A model generated the notes under the pieces. The model worked only from the letters and a program-made list of their open reading frames with translations. It had not been told where the DNA came from and did not search any database. A stretch of DNA of 64,000 bases from an uncultured Pseudomonadales bacterium (GTDB lineage: Bacteria > Patescibacteriota > Microgenomatia > UBA1400), in assembly GCA_964589815.1 (NCBI GenBank), contig CAZPUR010000002.1, forward strand, positions 19,466 to 83,465, read 5' to 3'. The position numbers and the translations under genes are program-made. Below are positions 1-9,517 of this stretch, piece after piece (position 1 is the stretch's first letter; every line of letters begins with the position of its first letter).

Positions 1-689
1 AGGGTAAAAGCTTGTTGTTTAAAGTTTTTAATCAGACGGTTAAAAGTACGGTCATTGAAACAGATTTGCCCCAGGATAAACCAGTTTCCTGGTTTATTAT
101 TCCTCCTCAGGAAAAATATGGTCAAGGCTATACTTTATTTTTTGACAATATTTCCATCGGCAGACCTGCCTCGCCGTCCGCCTCGTCTCTGACTCGTCGA
201 GACGGGAGTCAAGGCGGGCAAAAAACCATTAACCAACTAGATCGGGTAGAGGTTTACCCCATTCCTTACCACTTTCTGAAATCCATTAAATTAACTACCA
301 ATCAACTACTTAATACACGACCTAATCAACTATCAGTTAACGATGTTAAACATCCAAACCCCTCCTTTTACAAAATCCAACTAGACTCTACGCAATACAC
401 TCTACGCCCTACACCCTATTTAATATTATCCCAATCCTTTCACTCTGGTTGGCTGGCTTTTTATTTTCAAGGCCTTAAACCAGTGTTTTTAAAAGACCAC
501 GTTTTGGTCAACAATTGGCAAAACGGCTGGAATCTAAACAATGAAACAATGAAACAGTGGAACAATGAAGCAATTTATCTTCTCTTCTGGCCCCAATTCC
601 TGGAATACCTGGGTTTTATTTTCTTAGGAGTTTTTATTCTTTTTCTTTTCTTCCCTAGAAAAACACCTAGAAAAAAAACCAAAAAATAG
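1..689 (+). CDS. 3' portion of a large membrane protein gene that starts upstream of the window (family not recognised)
   Basis: Frame open from nt 3 to window edge; C-terminal hydrophobic helix GFIFLGVFILFLFF plus Lys-rich tail; in-frame GC-rich palindrome 161-219 and word repeats 386-419, 537-575. Confidence 0.45.
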   Translation, partial: GKSLLFKVFNQTVKSTVIETDLPQDKPVSWFIIPPQEKYGQGYTLFFDNISIGRPASPSASSLTRRDGSQGGQKTINQLDRVEVYPIPYHFLKSIKLTTNQLLNTRPNQLSVNDVKHPNPSFYKIQLDSTQYTLRPTPYLILSQSFHSGWLAFYFQGLKPVFLKDHVLVNNWQNGWNLNNETMKQWNNEAIYLLFWPQFLEYLGFIFLGVFILFLFFPRKTPRKKTKK

Positions 690-752
690 TTTTACTTCGG
701 TATATCAAACCAGAGTTTTTATTCCTCAAGCCAAATATGTTATAAATAACTT

Positions 753-1907
753 ATGGAGAAAAAGATAAGAAAAATCCACTTAATTTTCTCCTTCATTTTA
801 GGCCTGACCATTATTTTTGAATTGGTTTATTTATTTTGTCTCAAACCTTTTTATTTTCCTCTTGATTTTCCTCAACCCCAACCTCTACCTGTTGAAGAAC
901 AAATAATTGAAAAAAAGATTGCCAGCTTGAGCCTAGAAGAAAAAGTCGGTGCTTTGTTCATTGTTGGTTTTAATGGTTCCACTCTAACCGATGATACCAG
1001 AGATTTTATCAATCAACATCATTTCCGCCATTTTTTGCTTTTAGGCAGAAACATTAACAATAAAGAACAGTTAATCAGTTTAACCGCCGAACTGAAAAAT
1101 GCCACTTCGAGTGCCATTCCCAGCTTAATTACTATTGACCAGGAAGGCGGGCAAGTGGCCCGACTCAACTTTGAAGAGCTAGACAACACTTCTCAAGCAG
1201 CAATCACCAGCGTGCCTCAGGCTTATAAAATCGGCCGGGACAGAGGAGGGGTACTTAAGGACTTAGGCATTAATGTAAACTTTGCTCCGGTGGTAGAGGT
1301 AATTAGAGATGAAGACTCTTATTTGGCTCGATTAAATCGGGCCTTCCCGGGTGATGAAGATCAAGTCTTTAGATTTTCCCAAGCAATGATTAAAGGCTAT
1401 CAAGACTCAGCTATCATTGCTGTGGCTAAACACTTTCCCGGAGGCTTAGGCCGTAAAAAAGCTGATCCTCATCAGACCCTGCCCAGGTTAGAGGTTGGTT
1501 TTCAGGATTTGAATCAAGATTTATTGCCTTTCCAAGATCTAATTAAACAAGGTAGAATTTCTGCCCTTATGACCACCCACATTCTTTATTCCCAAATTGA
1601 TGAGAATAACCCGGTTACCACTTCAGAAAAATTCATTAGCGCCATTCTAAGGCAGGAATTAGGCTTTAAAGGGGTAATTATATCAGATGATTTGGTAATG
1701 AGAGGTTTGGGTTCTATTAATACCATAGAAGACTCGGCCATCGCCGCGTTTAACGCGGGCCATGACCTTTTAATTGTTTCCGGACCAACGGAGATTCAAG
1801 ACCGGGTTTACCAAAATTTGCTTCAGACAGTTAAACAAGGAGAAATAACAGAAGAGAGGCTGGACCAATCCCTTCGGCGCCTTCTGCGTCTGAGCAATGG
1901 GGAATAG
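753..1907 (+). CDS. nagZ: Glycoside hydrolase family 3 beta-N-acetylhexosaminidase (NagZ-like), membrane anchored
   Basis: GH3 N-domain motifs TIDQEGGQVARL, KHFPGGLGR, IISDDLVM; N-terminal hydrophobic anchor. Confidence 0.8.
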   Translation: MEKKIRKIHLIFSFILGLTIIFELVYLFCLKPFYFPLDFPQPQPLPVEEQIIEKKIASLSLEEKVGALFIVGFNGSTLTDDTRDFINQHHFRHFLLLGRNINNKEQLISLTAELKNATSSAIPSLITIDQEGGQVARLNFEELDNTSQAAITSVPQAYKIGRDRGGVLKDLGINVNFAPVVEVIRDEDSYLARLNRAFPGDEDQVFRFSQAMIKGYQDSAIIAVAKHFPGGLGRKKADPHQTLPRLEVGFQDLNQDLLPFQDLIKQGRISALMTTHILYSQIDENNPVTTSEKFISAILRQELGFKGVIISDDLVMRGLGSINTIEDSAIAAFNAGHDLLIVSGPTEIQDRVYQNLLQTVKQGEITEERLDQSLRRLLRLSNGE

Positions 1908-2042
1908 GGAGTAATGCTACTGGCTAACTAAACTTTTCCACAATTCCCAAAAAACTCTTAATAACTTTCTTTTTCTAGAGGTAATTACAATGTAGTATAT
2001 TTTATAGGCCTAGCTATTTTAGGTGTATTTTTTGCTATAGGC

Positions 2043-2071
2043 TTGACAGAAGAGAAAAGATATGCTAGATT
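2043..2071 (+). promoter_or_regulatory. Sigma70-type promoter with no annotated gene downstream
   Basis: TTGACA (2043-2048), 17-nt spacer, TAGATT (2066-2071). Confidence 0.4.
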
Positions 2072-2280
2072 AAAGGCGTAATTTGAAAAGATGAAGCGCC
2101 AGAATGAAAAGAGCATCGCTATCGCTGATCATCCGAGCTTAATAAAGATCAGAAAAACACGAATAGCAATGCCCTTTTATATAGGTCTGACTTAAGGACA
2201 GGAATAAATCAAGACCTAAAAAAATCAAAGCATAATTGTAGCTTTTTGTCAATAGAATATTAATTTTTTAGTCTTTGTAA

Positions 2281-2313
2281 GGTGGCTCGTGGGTAGGGCA
2301 GGCACACGAGCTA
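2281..2313. other. Strong hairpin in the long spacer upstream of rho
   Basis: GGTGGCTCGTG (2281-2291) / CACGAGCTACC (2303-2313), one mismatch, extended by TAGTCT/AGACTA flanks. Confidence 0.5.
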
Positions 2314-2517
2314 CCTTAGAGAGACTAAACTTAAAGAATTTTACGGGGTAAACAGGTACACTCCCTTCCTTTACTCCTGAACAATTTGAACAGTTGGCGG
2401 TAATAGTCGACCAGGACAGAACTCAGGCTCTAGTAAGGGCTAAGGCTTACGGGAAAATCTCCTCTTCTTTTACGCCTTTAGAAGAGTTGATAGAACGTTT
2501 AGGAAGAGAATAGACTC

Positions 2518-2546
2518 TTGACAAAGATTTCTGATTAACCTAAGAT
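2518..2546 (+). promoter_or_regulatory. Probable rho promoter (about 180-nt leader)
   Basis: TTGACA (2518-2523), 17-nt spacer, TAAGAT (2541-2546). Confidence 0.5.
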
Positions 2547-2615
2547 TTTAATATCTAAAGTTCAAAAATTTCTCCCATCAGGTTTATTTAATTTTTTTTG
2601 ATGAAATTTTAGTTT

Positions 2616-2712
2616 AATTCCCAATTCCCAATTCCTAATAAAATGTTAAATGTCTAATTTCAAATTACTGAATTAGATATTTAAAAATTAAAAATTAAAA
2701 ATTAAAAATTTT
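2616..2712. repeat. AT-rich word arrays in the rho leader
   Basis: AATTCCC-type words at 2616-2639; AAAAATT x4 tandem (period 7) at 2681-2712. Confidence 0.8.
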
Positions 2713-2729
2713 CTTCAGAGGAGGTTTAC

Positions 2730-4070
2730 ATGGTTTCTAAAACCACATCCAAAACAACTAAATCTTCTTCTCGTTCTAAAGTGAGGAAGACAACTGCTAA
2801 AGCATCTGCCATAGGCGGATCGTCCTTTGGACAAAGAAAAGAAGTCTCAGTCGAAGAACTAGTAGGAGCGACTGTTTCCGAGCCAACTCCACCAGCCCAG
2901 GTAGTTGAGGAAAGAAAAGGCTTTACCGGCATTGTTGACAATCGAGTCATTCCTGATGCCGGTGTCCCCACCGAACAAGTAGAAGGCATTTTAGACATGG
3001 GCGCTAATGGTCGGGGAATTTTAAGGCCCAATTATACTCCTTCTGACCAAGATATTTATATTTCCAGTTCTCAAATCAGACGGTTTAATATTCGACCAGG
3101 AGATTTAGTGGCTGGTCCGGCGCGCCGACCCAAGGAAAAAGAACGTTATTGGGGGCTTTTGAAAGTGGAAAAAATTAATGGGCAGACTCTAGAAAAAATA
3201 GCCAAACGGCCTCAGTTTGACCAGTTGACGCCTCTCTATCCTGAAGAGCAAATTAAACTGGAAACAGATCAGGATTTATTATCTACTCGGCTTATTGATA
3301 TCATTGCCCCTATTGGCAAAGGCCAAAGAGGCTTGATTGTTTCTCCGCCTAAAGCTGGTAAAACCACCATTTTAAAACAAATTGCCAATGCCATTACCAA
3401 GAATCATCCCAAAATCAAAATTATGGCTGTTTTAGTGGGGGAAAGGCCGGAAGAAGTGACCGATATCAGAAGGTCGGTCAAAGGTGATGTGATTTCTTCC
3501 AACTTTGACGAGCCAGCTGAACGCCAGGTTAATACTGCAGAAATCGGCTTGGAACGGGCCAAAAGAATGGTAGAAATGGGTGATGACGTGGTCATTTTAC
3601 TTGACTCAATTACTCGGTTGGCTCGAGCCTATAACCTGGCCATTCCCACCTCGGGTCGGACTTTGTCAGGAGGTTTTGACCCGGCCGCTCTTTATCCCCC
3701 GAAACATTTCTTCGGCGCGGCCAGAAACTTTGAAAATGGCGGCTCATTGACGGTCATCGGCACTACCCTCATCGAAACCGGCAGCAAGATGGACGAACTG
3801 ATTTATGAAGAATTTAAAGGTACGGGTAATATGGAACTGCATTTAGATCGGGGACTGGAGCAAAGGAGAATTTTCCCGGCGATTGATGTCCAGAAATCAG
3901 GCACTCGTCAGGAACAGCTCTTGTTTGACAAGAAAACATATGAGAAAATAGCGACTCTAAGAAGAATGGTGGATGTTTTGGGTAAAGATGAAAGAACCGA
4001 GCTTTTATTAGACCGTCTGCGCAAAACCAAAACCAACAAAGAGTTTTTAGATGGGTTAAATAAGGGATGA
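2730..4070 (+). CDS. rho: Transcription termination factor Rho with Ser/Thr/Lys-rich N-terminal extension
   Basis: IAPIGKGQRGLIVSPPKAGKTT Walker A, Rho ATPase core through C-terminus; AGGAGG 5-6 nt upstream of ATG. Confidence 0.95.
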   Translation: MVSKTTSKTTKSSSRSKVRKTTAKASAIGGSSFGQRKEVSVEELVGATVSEPTPPAQVVEERKGFTGIVDNRVIPDAGVPTEQVEGILDMGANGRGILRPNYTPSDQDIYISSSQIRRFNIRPGDLVAGPARRPKEKERYWGLLKVEKINGQTLEKIAKRPQFDQLTPLYPEEQIKLETDQDLLSTRLIDIIAPIGKGQRGLIVSPPKAGKTTILKQIANAITKNHPKIKIMAVLVGERPEEVTDIRRSVKGDVISSNFDEPAERQVNTAEIGLERAKRMVEMGDDVVILLDSITRLARAYNLAIPTSGRTLSGGFDPAALYPPKHFFGAARNFENGGSLTVIGTTLIETGSKMDELIYEEFKGTGNMELHLDRGLEQRRIFPAIDVQKSGTRQEQLLFDKKTYEKIATLRRMVDVLGKDERTELLLDRLRKTKTNKEFLDGLNKG

Positions 4071-4101
4071 AAATTGTTAAATTGGGAATTATAATTCCTC
4101 T

Positions 4102-5196
4102 ATGCAATTTTTAGATAACATATCAGATTTTTTTACTAACCTTCGTGAATATGTAGTTTTCCTCAAGGTCTACTTCACCCGTAAAATTTTCCGTTCTTTT
4201 TATCGTTTTGAAAAAGGCAAAAGCGTCTTAGTTGATGGCTTGAGCGTTAAAAGAGGGAAGTACGTTCGTCCCTTTTTACATAGCTCTATGATCGGTCTTT
4301 TTTTAATCGGTCTTTTAATGGCTCCTTTAATTAGATCTGCTTTGCCTGAGGCAAAATTTGAATTGGCTCAAAACTTTCAGGTTCTAGGCATAGAAGATTT
4401 AGATCAGCTGACCACCACCCAAATCTCAGTTAAACCCAGAGACAATGTGGTCACCTATAAAGTCCAAGAGGGTGATACTTTATCTTCAATTGCCTTAAAA
4501 TTCGGTGTTTCTGAAGAAACAATTATGTGGCAGAATGACCTAAAAAAAGATCCGGTTTTAAAAATCGGAGAGAAATTGGAGATTCCGCCGGTGACCGGCA
4601 TTGTCCACAAAGTCAAAAGGGGAGAGACGATTCACTCGATTGCCAAAAAATACCAAGTTGACCCTCAGCAGATTGTTAACTGGCCTTTTAACAGTTTTAT
4701 TAACGATGAAACTTTTGCTTTGGCCGTGGGTCAATTAGTGATTGTACCTGAAGGAATCCAACCCAAAGCTTCACCGCCGCCCAGCTATCTGGCTCAAAGA
4801 TACCGCCAAACGCCTGATGCGGGCGCAGTTTCTGCTACTGGTGATTTTGTTTGGCCTACTTCCGGAGGCATCACTCAATACTTTGTTTGGTACCATCCGG
4901 CGATTGATATTGCTAATAAATCGGCGCCGGCGATTTTAGCGGCTGACTCAGGCACGGTTACTTTAGTCAGATATGATAAATGGTCTTATGGTCACCACGT
5001 CATTATTGACCATGGTAATGGCTATACTACTTTATATGCTCATATGAGCAATATCTATGTTTCTGAGGGGCAAACGGTCAGTCGCGGCAATGCTATTGGT
5101 CAAATGGGTACCACCGGCCGTTCTTCAGGCATCCACCTTCATTTTGAAATCCGCCTCAACGGCGTCGCCCAAAATCCGTTAGCATATCTGAAATAA
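4102..5196 (+). CDS. LysM-domain M23 family metallopeptidase (peptidoglycan endopeptidase)
   Basis: Two LysM repeats (YKVQEGDTLSSIALKFGV, HKVKRGETIHSIAKKYQV); M23 motifs HHVIIDHGNGYTTLYAHMS and GIHLHFEI; N-terminal TM. Confidence 0.9.
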   Translation: MQFLDNISDFFTNLREYVVFLKVYFTRKIFRSFYRFEKGKSVLVDGLSVKRGKYVRPFLHSSMIGLFLIGLLMAPLIRSALPEAKFELAQNFQVLGIEDLDQLTTTQISVKPRDNVVTYKVQEGDTLSSIALKFGVSEETIMWQNDLKKDPVLKIGEKLEIPPVTGIVHKVKRGETIHSIAKKYQVDPQQIVNWPFNSFINDETFALAVGQLVIVPEGIQPKASPPPSYLAQRYRQTPDAGAVSATGDFVWPTSGGITQYFVWYHPAIDIANKSAPAILAADSGTVTLVRYDKWSYGHHVIIDHGNGYTTLYAHMSNIYVSEGQTVSRGNAIGQMGTTGRSSGIHLHFEIRLNGVAQNPLAYLK

Positions 5197-5327
5197 AAGC
5201 CACGTTTAAATCTGTGAGATTTATTACGGGGCCCAAAATCCGTTAGCATATCTGAAATAAAAGCCACGTTTAAATCTGTGAGATTTATTACGGGGCCCAG
5301 AATCCTTTGGCTTATTTAAAATAAAAG
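5167..5327 (+). repeat. 64-bp-period tandem repeat of the M23 gene 3' end (2 exact copies + 1 diverged partial copy)
   Basis: GCCCAAAATCCGTTAGCATATCTGAAATAA... starts at 5167 and again at 5231; third copy 5295-5324 encodes the same AQNPLAYLK-stop using different synonymous codons. Confidence 0.9.
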
Positions 5328-5330
5328 TTG

Positions 5331-6311
5331 TTAAGGGAGATTGTAGAATTTCACCCAGTCAATATACATCTTTTGGTCTCGGTCAAGGTTGAGATTTGAT
5401 TTTTGAATACTGGAGCCGCTGAGGTTGAGACCCATATTATCTATCCAAATCTCAATCCTTTGACTAGTGGCTGGCCGGTGAGGAGTAGAGGCCACTTCTT
5501 GATTATCCACAAAAAATTTAGTTCCGCTCGGAGATAATTCCACCCGGTAAATATGCCATTCTTTCATATCAATGGCCACTGGTTTCAAAAGATGAAAAGT
5601 ACCGTTTTCTACTACCATGGCTTGGAAGCCTTGGAGTAAGGGATTACTTTCCGAAGAAGCGGACCAAAACCACGCCACATTTAACCGGTTAAGCTGTTCT
5701 GTTTCTACATGCCAAAAGCCCCAACCTCTGGTGCCTTTCCCGGAGATGCCGCCGCTAATAGTGCCGTTATCATCAGTGCATCGGAGTTTCATTTCCAAAA
5801 TACCGTAAGTATGAGTGTAGTTATTTTCATGAAGGGAGCAATCAGAATAAGTGCTTGAGTTAGAGTTTTGGGTAACGCCGATTTCCACGGCGGAATTATC
5901 CTCAGTATTGATCAAATTAATCAGAGAATGATAGCCCGTGCCCGTATGGTAGCTCCATTCCCAGCGGGAATTTTGAGAAGTAAATTGATCAGTCCAGACC
6001 AAATTTGGCAGTGAGCTTGGGCTAGGTGAAGCGGTTGGGATTGGTGACGGTGTAGGTGAAGGACTACAATTTTGGCCCCAAGATAAAATTAATTCTCCAA
6101 ACTCTAAACCGTTTACTTTAGAGTCAGAATTAAAATCAAGTTGACCTGAAGAAAACCAAGAACTAAGCAGCATTCTCAGGTCTAATTGATTCACAACACC
6201 GTCTTGATTAAGGTCAGCTTGGCAAACATCTTGGGCTTCAACTTCTGAAACTTTGATTAGAGAAAAACAGAAGAGAGTAAGGATAATAAAGAATAAAATA
6301 AACTTTTTCAT
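5331..6311 (-). CDS. Secreted dockerin-repeat protein with concanavalin-A-like lectin/glucanase (GH16-like) domain
   Basis: Signal peptide; two dockerin-type Ca-binding repeats (DLNQDGVVNQLD, DFNSDSKVNGLE); SPSPTPSPIPTASPSPSS linker; GILEMKLR...GWGFWH resembles GH16 fold but no ExDxxE catalytic motif seen. Confidence 0.6.
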   Translation of the reverse strand: MKKFILFFIILTLFCFSLIKVSEVEAQDVCQADLNQDGVVNQLDLRMLLSSWFSSGQLDFNSDSKVNGLEFGELILSWGQNCSPSPTPSPIPTASPSPSSLPNLVWTDQFTSQNSRWEWSYHTGTGYHSLINLINTEDNSAVEIGVTQNSNSSTYSDCSLHENNYTHTYGILEMKLRCTDDNGTISGGISGKGTRGWGFWHVETEQLNRLNVAWFWSASSESNPLLQGFQAMVVENGTFHLLKPVAIDMKEWHIYRVELSPSGTKFFVDNQEVASTPHRPATSQRIEIWIDNMGLNLSGSSIQKSNLNLDRDQKMYIDWVKFYNLP

Positions 6312-6350
6312 CTTTTCTAATTATAATCACTATAAACCAGAAACGGAAAA

Positions 6351-6380
6351 TTGTAAACCAAGAATTCAATTTGATATAAT
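6351..6380 (+). promoter_or_regulatory. Promoter of tRNA-Ala
   Basis: TTGTAA (6351-6356), 18-nt spacer, TATAAT (6375-6380); the tRNA 5' end lies 7 nt downstream. Confidence 0.5.
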
Positions 6381-6386
6381 TTGCTA

Positions 6387-6460
6387 GGGCCTGTAGGTAA
6401 ACGGTATACCATACCCTTCGCATGGGTATATTCCGAGTTCGATTCTCGGCAGGTCCACCA
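6387..6460 (+). tRNA. tRNA-Ala (anticodon CGC), CCA encoded
   Basis: Hand-folded cloverleaf. Acceptor GGGCCTG/CAGGTCC with the G3:U70 alanine identity pair. D stem GGTA/TACC. Anticodon stem TACCC/GGGTA with loop TTCGCAT. T arm CCGAG-TTCGATT-CTCGG. Discriminator A followed by CCA. Confidence 0.93.
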
Positions 6461-6543
6461 GAAAAACAAGATAACAAGATAACAGGATAATAAGGAATAG
6501 TCCATTGTTCACTATTATCCTAGCATCCTATTATTCTGAATTT

Positions 6544-6750
6544 ATGAAAGATAAAGTAATTCAATGCATTGATTGTCAACAGAAGTTTCCGTGGGTGGTG
6601 GAAGAGCAGGAATTTTATCAAGAAAAAGGCCTCAAACCGCCAACCCGTTGTCCCATTTGCCGAGCGGCTTTCAAAGAGGCAAAAAAAGATAAGTTTCGGG
6701 GAAGAATCAAAATTTCTAATTATTCTAAAAAAATCCCAATTTCCCAATAA
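6544..6750 (+). CDS. Zinc-ribbon domain protein (CxxC...CxxC)
   Basis: MKDKVIQCIDCQQKFPWVVEEQEFYQEKGLKPPTRCPICR pattern typical of the 'probable zinc-ribbon' family; ATG at 6544 preferred over track start 6505. Confidence 0.65.
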   Translation: MKDKVIQCIDCQQKFPWVVEEQEFYQEKGLKPPTRCPICRAAFKEAKKDKFRGRIKISNYSKKIPISQ

Positions 6751-6771
6751 CCAAGAGATTACTTAATTTTT

Positions 6772-7123
6772 CTATAATATAGAGTTAAAAATCAAATTTA
6801 GTTCTTTAGCTTCCTGCCAAAGTTTTCTGGCTTTATCTTTAGATTCTGGAACCGCAATTCCTATCATTCTTAAGAAATGTTTACTCTCTCTGGATTCTTT
6901 TTTACAAATACCAATCTTATGTTTAAAATCCTTGCCTGATTCAGCATCATCGGCTTCACAATAGTTAGCTCCAATACTGGTTCCCGCCTTAACTAATTGA
7001 GTTATTAATGGAGTAGTAACGGCAGTTTTAGATAAGTTATTGCAAAACTTTATTATTTCTTCACCAAATTTAGCCGTTCTTTTTCCTCCAAATCATATAT
7101 TTTCTTTTTGGTGCTTTTGACAT
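6772..7123 (-). pseudogene. Four-helix-bundle protein (23S rRNA IVS protein family), reading frame interrupted in A-runs
   Basis: Minus-strand frame ending at TAG 6772-6774 reads TAKFGEEIIKFCNNL...GTSIGANYCEADDAESGKDFKHKIGICKKESRESKHFLRMI. The expected N-terminus (MSKAPKRK / KIYDLEEK) lies in two other frames joined at poly-A tracts near 7078-7110. Confidence 0.6.
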
Positions 7124-7147
7124 TATTTAGGTCAATTAGGTTAATTT

Positions 7148-9196
7148 CTAAGGTGTACTCGCCTTAGTCGCTTCTTCTCCCTCTTCCAAGACTTCGGGTT
7201 TAACGTCTTCCGGTAGCTTTACCTCTCCCAAACGGGCATTAGGACTAGGCAAAGGTTGAGGTTGGCTCAATTTCTCTCTTGCTTCTGTTTTCAATTGAGC
7301 GCTGCTAGTCGCTTGAGGAATGGTTTCCAGTTTAGCCTGAATTTCTTTTAATTCATCTTGAGTCTTTTGATAGTCAGGACTATCTGGTTCCACCAAATTA
7401 GCGGTTAACTGCAGATTATAAAAAGCATTCTGCCAGTCTTCTTTGGCTTTATAAGCTTCGGCCAAATTATAATAGCCATTGGCATAATCGGGCTTGAGAT
7501 TAACCGCTTGCTGGAATTGGGTTATGGCTCGGTCATAGTCTTTCAATCCATAAAATAAACCGCCGAACTCAACTCTTAAAAGCGGATTGGTTGGATCTTT
7601 TCTGACGGCCTCTAAATAAGTGGCCATGGCCCATTGATCCGCGTCTTGGACGACGTTAATAATATTACGGTATAAATTGGCCAGGTTAAGCCAATAACTG
7701 CTGATTTGAGGGTTTAAATTAACCGCGGTTTTGGCTTCTCTGATCGCTTGGGCAATCAATTGCCTGACACTTTCTTTATCCTGATCGGTCAGATTTTTAT
7801 TGGCGGTGATTGAATTGGCCAGAGCTAAGTTGGTTTGAGAATAGGTGACTCGATATCCGGGCGCGTAAGGATTTAGCATCAAGGCCTTAATTTGTAAATT
7901 ATAAGTTTCCGCCCCTTTGTTGGCCTGGGCGGCCAAAAGGCTTTTTCTAAATTGCCGGTCAGCCAGCCATATTCGCGTCTGCCAATAAAGTCCAAAAAAG
8001 GTCAAAATAAGCAAGAGACCGGCTAGACTCCAAGCTAGAGCCTGAGACTTCAGTTCATAACTAGAATTAGAAGCTGAACTAAGAGACATTTTACTAGCTT
8101 CAAGTAAAGCCAAGAGTAAAAAAGTGACGGTTAAGATCAAAACATTAGACGTTAAAAGTAGCTGGATCACAAAGCTGGCGGCCAAACAAATATAGATAAC
8201 TTTAGAGACTAAAGAACCTTTAAAGCCGCCTTTTTTCAGACTCTTAAGCAGAATTAAAAGATAAAAACCCAAACCGAGAATGCCTACAGTAGAGAGTAGG
8301 TGTAAATACTGATTGGAATTGGTGATGAATTTTACCGCCCAGAGACTGGTGTTGTTTAAACCTAAAGGTCTAAATTGATTAAAAGCGGCCAGAAAATTAC
8401 CTGGGCCAACGCCAAAAAGAGCGGTTCTGATGGTTTTTAAACCTTCAACGCTAATCTGCCAGCCAAAATTAGGCCAGAGATAAGTCAAGACGACTTCTTT
8501 ATTAATGAAAAGAGCCAGAATCACCACTAGACTTAAAACCTGCATCATTGAAGCCACAAACAAGAGGATTTTTTTCAGAGCGTCTTTAGTTTTAAAAGCC
8601 CAGTAAAAAGTGCCTGGCATCAGAATTAAAAGCAGTTGAGCGGTAATTAAAGGCGAACCAGTTGGCGTCCAGGCTTTATTTTCAAGCCACAAAGGTCCGG
8701 TTTTTGATAAAATGCCTAAAAAGGAAAAAAGGGTTAGCCAACTTAAGACCACGCCGGAGCTGATTAAAGCGGTCATAATTTGCAGGATCGGTTTTTTGCC
8801 TCGGCAATAGTTGACAATGAAAAAATATAAAAGGGCCAAAGCCAAAATTATGCCCGTGTCTTCTAATAAAGAAAGCGGTCTGTTCGGAGCCTGCAAAAAA
8901 GAGGAGAGCAAGAAGCTGGCCACCAAACCTAAAATGGGCCAGTTGAGGTCGGTTTTTAAAATTTTTAAATTTTGTTCAAAAAAAAGCTTGATCACTAAAA
9001 TTAAAAGCATTACTCCTAACAAAAGGTACAAAAAAGCGATCTTATTGATTTGATAAAACTCGCTGGTAAAAGGCAGGAAAAACAAAGGCAGGCCAAAAGC
9101 CAGAAGAGTAATAATCCAGGTGAAAATTTTCGCCTCTTTATTTAAAAAAGGCTTAAGGGTATTTTTAAAAACTGGTGATGGTTTAAATGTTTCCAC
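7148..9196 (-). CDS. O-antigen ligase/polymerase-like polytopic membrane protein with C-terminal TPR repeats
   Basis: About 12 hydrophobic segments, LFGVGPGNF motif of Wzy_C-type proteins, TPR-like repeats (YYNLAEAYKAKEDWQNA etc.). Confidence 0.75.
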   Translation of the reverse strand: METFKPSPVFKNTLKPFLNKEAKIFTWIITLLAFGLPLFFLPFTSEFYQINKIAFLYLLLGVMLLILVIKLFFEQNLKILKTDLNWPILGLVASFLLSSFLQAPNRPLSLLEDTGIILALALLYFFIVNYCRGKKPILQIMTALISSGVVLSWLTLFSFLGILSKTGPLWLENKAWTPTGSPLITAQLLLILMPGTFYWAFKTKDALKKILLFVASMMQVLSLVVILALFINKEVVLTYLWPNFGWQISVEGLKTIRTALFGVGPGNFLAAFNQFRPLGLNNTSLWAVKFITNSNQYLHLLSTVGILGLGFYLLILLKSLKKGGFKGSLVSKVIYICLAASFVIQLLLTSNVLILTVTFLLLALLEASKMSLSSASNSSYELKSQALAWSLAGLLLILTFFGLYWQTRIWLADRQFRKSLLAAQANKGAETYNLQIKALMLNPYAPGYRVTYSQTNLALANSITANKNLTDQDKESVRQLIAQAIREAKTAVNLNPQISSYWLNLANLYRNIINVVQDADQWAMATYLEAVRKDPTNPLLRVEFGGLFYGLKDYDRAITQFQQAVNLKPDYANGYYNLAEAYKAKEDWQNAFYNLQLTANLVEPDSPDYQKTQDELKEIQAKLETIPQATSSAQLKTEAREKLSQPQPLPSPNARLGEVKLPEDVKPEVLEEGEEATKASTP

Positions 9197-9204
9197 TGAT
9201 AGTA

Positions 9205-9316
9205 ATTAAAAGTTAAAAGTACAAAGTGTAAAGTTACAGTTAAAAGTTTTAAGTTTGATAATTAACTTTTAACTTTAAGTTGTAATTTTTAACTTTAAAC
9301 TTTAAATTTTTAATTT
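9205..9316. repeat. Long imperfect AT-rich palindrome built from AAGTTAAAAG/CTTTTAACTT words
   Basis: Left half AGTTAAAAGT-type words, right half their reverse complement, centre near 9262. Confidence 0.6.
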
Positions 9317-9517
9317 AGTTTATTATCCACCAATTGAATTTAATCTCATTGGTGATTGATTTGTCAACTACAAGTCGCTAACACTCCAATTTCTAATTAT
9401 TCTAATTGACTTAATTATTCTAAATAAACCCCAATGACCCAATTTATTAAATTTTGGTGCTTGGTGCTTTGTTCATTATTTAGGTTAATTAGAGCAATTA
9501 GGTTAATTAAGTTAATT

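Noticed and set aside
2352-2513. Open frame encoding ...LPSFTPEQFEQLAVIVDQDRTQALVRAKAYGKISSSFTPLEELIERLGRE
   Set aside because: It has no ATG/GTG/TTG start before codon 17 and no SD. It is kept only as a comment in the rho-upstream finding (possible gene remnant).
2726-4107. Antisense ORFs over rho (2726-3031, 3404-3595, 3814-4107)
   Set aside because: Fully overlapped by the unambiguous rho CDS, with no translation signals.
6238-6505. ORFs 6238-6477 and 6317-6505 on the minus strand
   Set aside because: They overlap the tRNA-Ala gene and its promoter, and the translated sequence is low-complexity.
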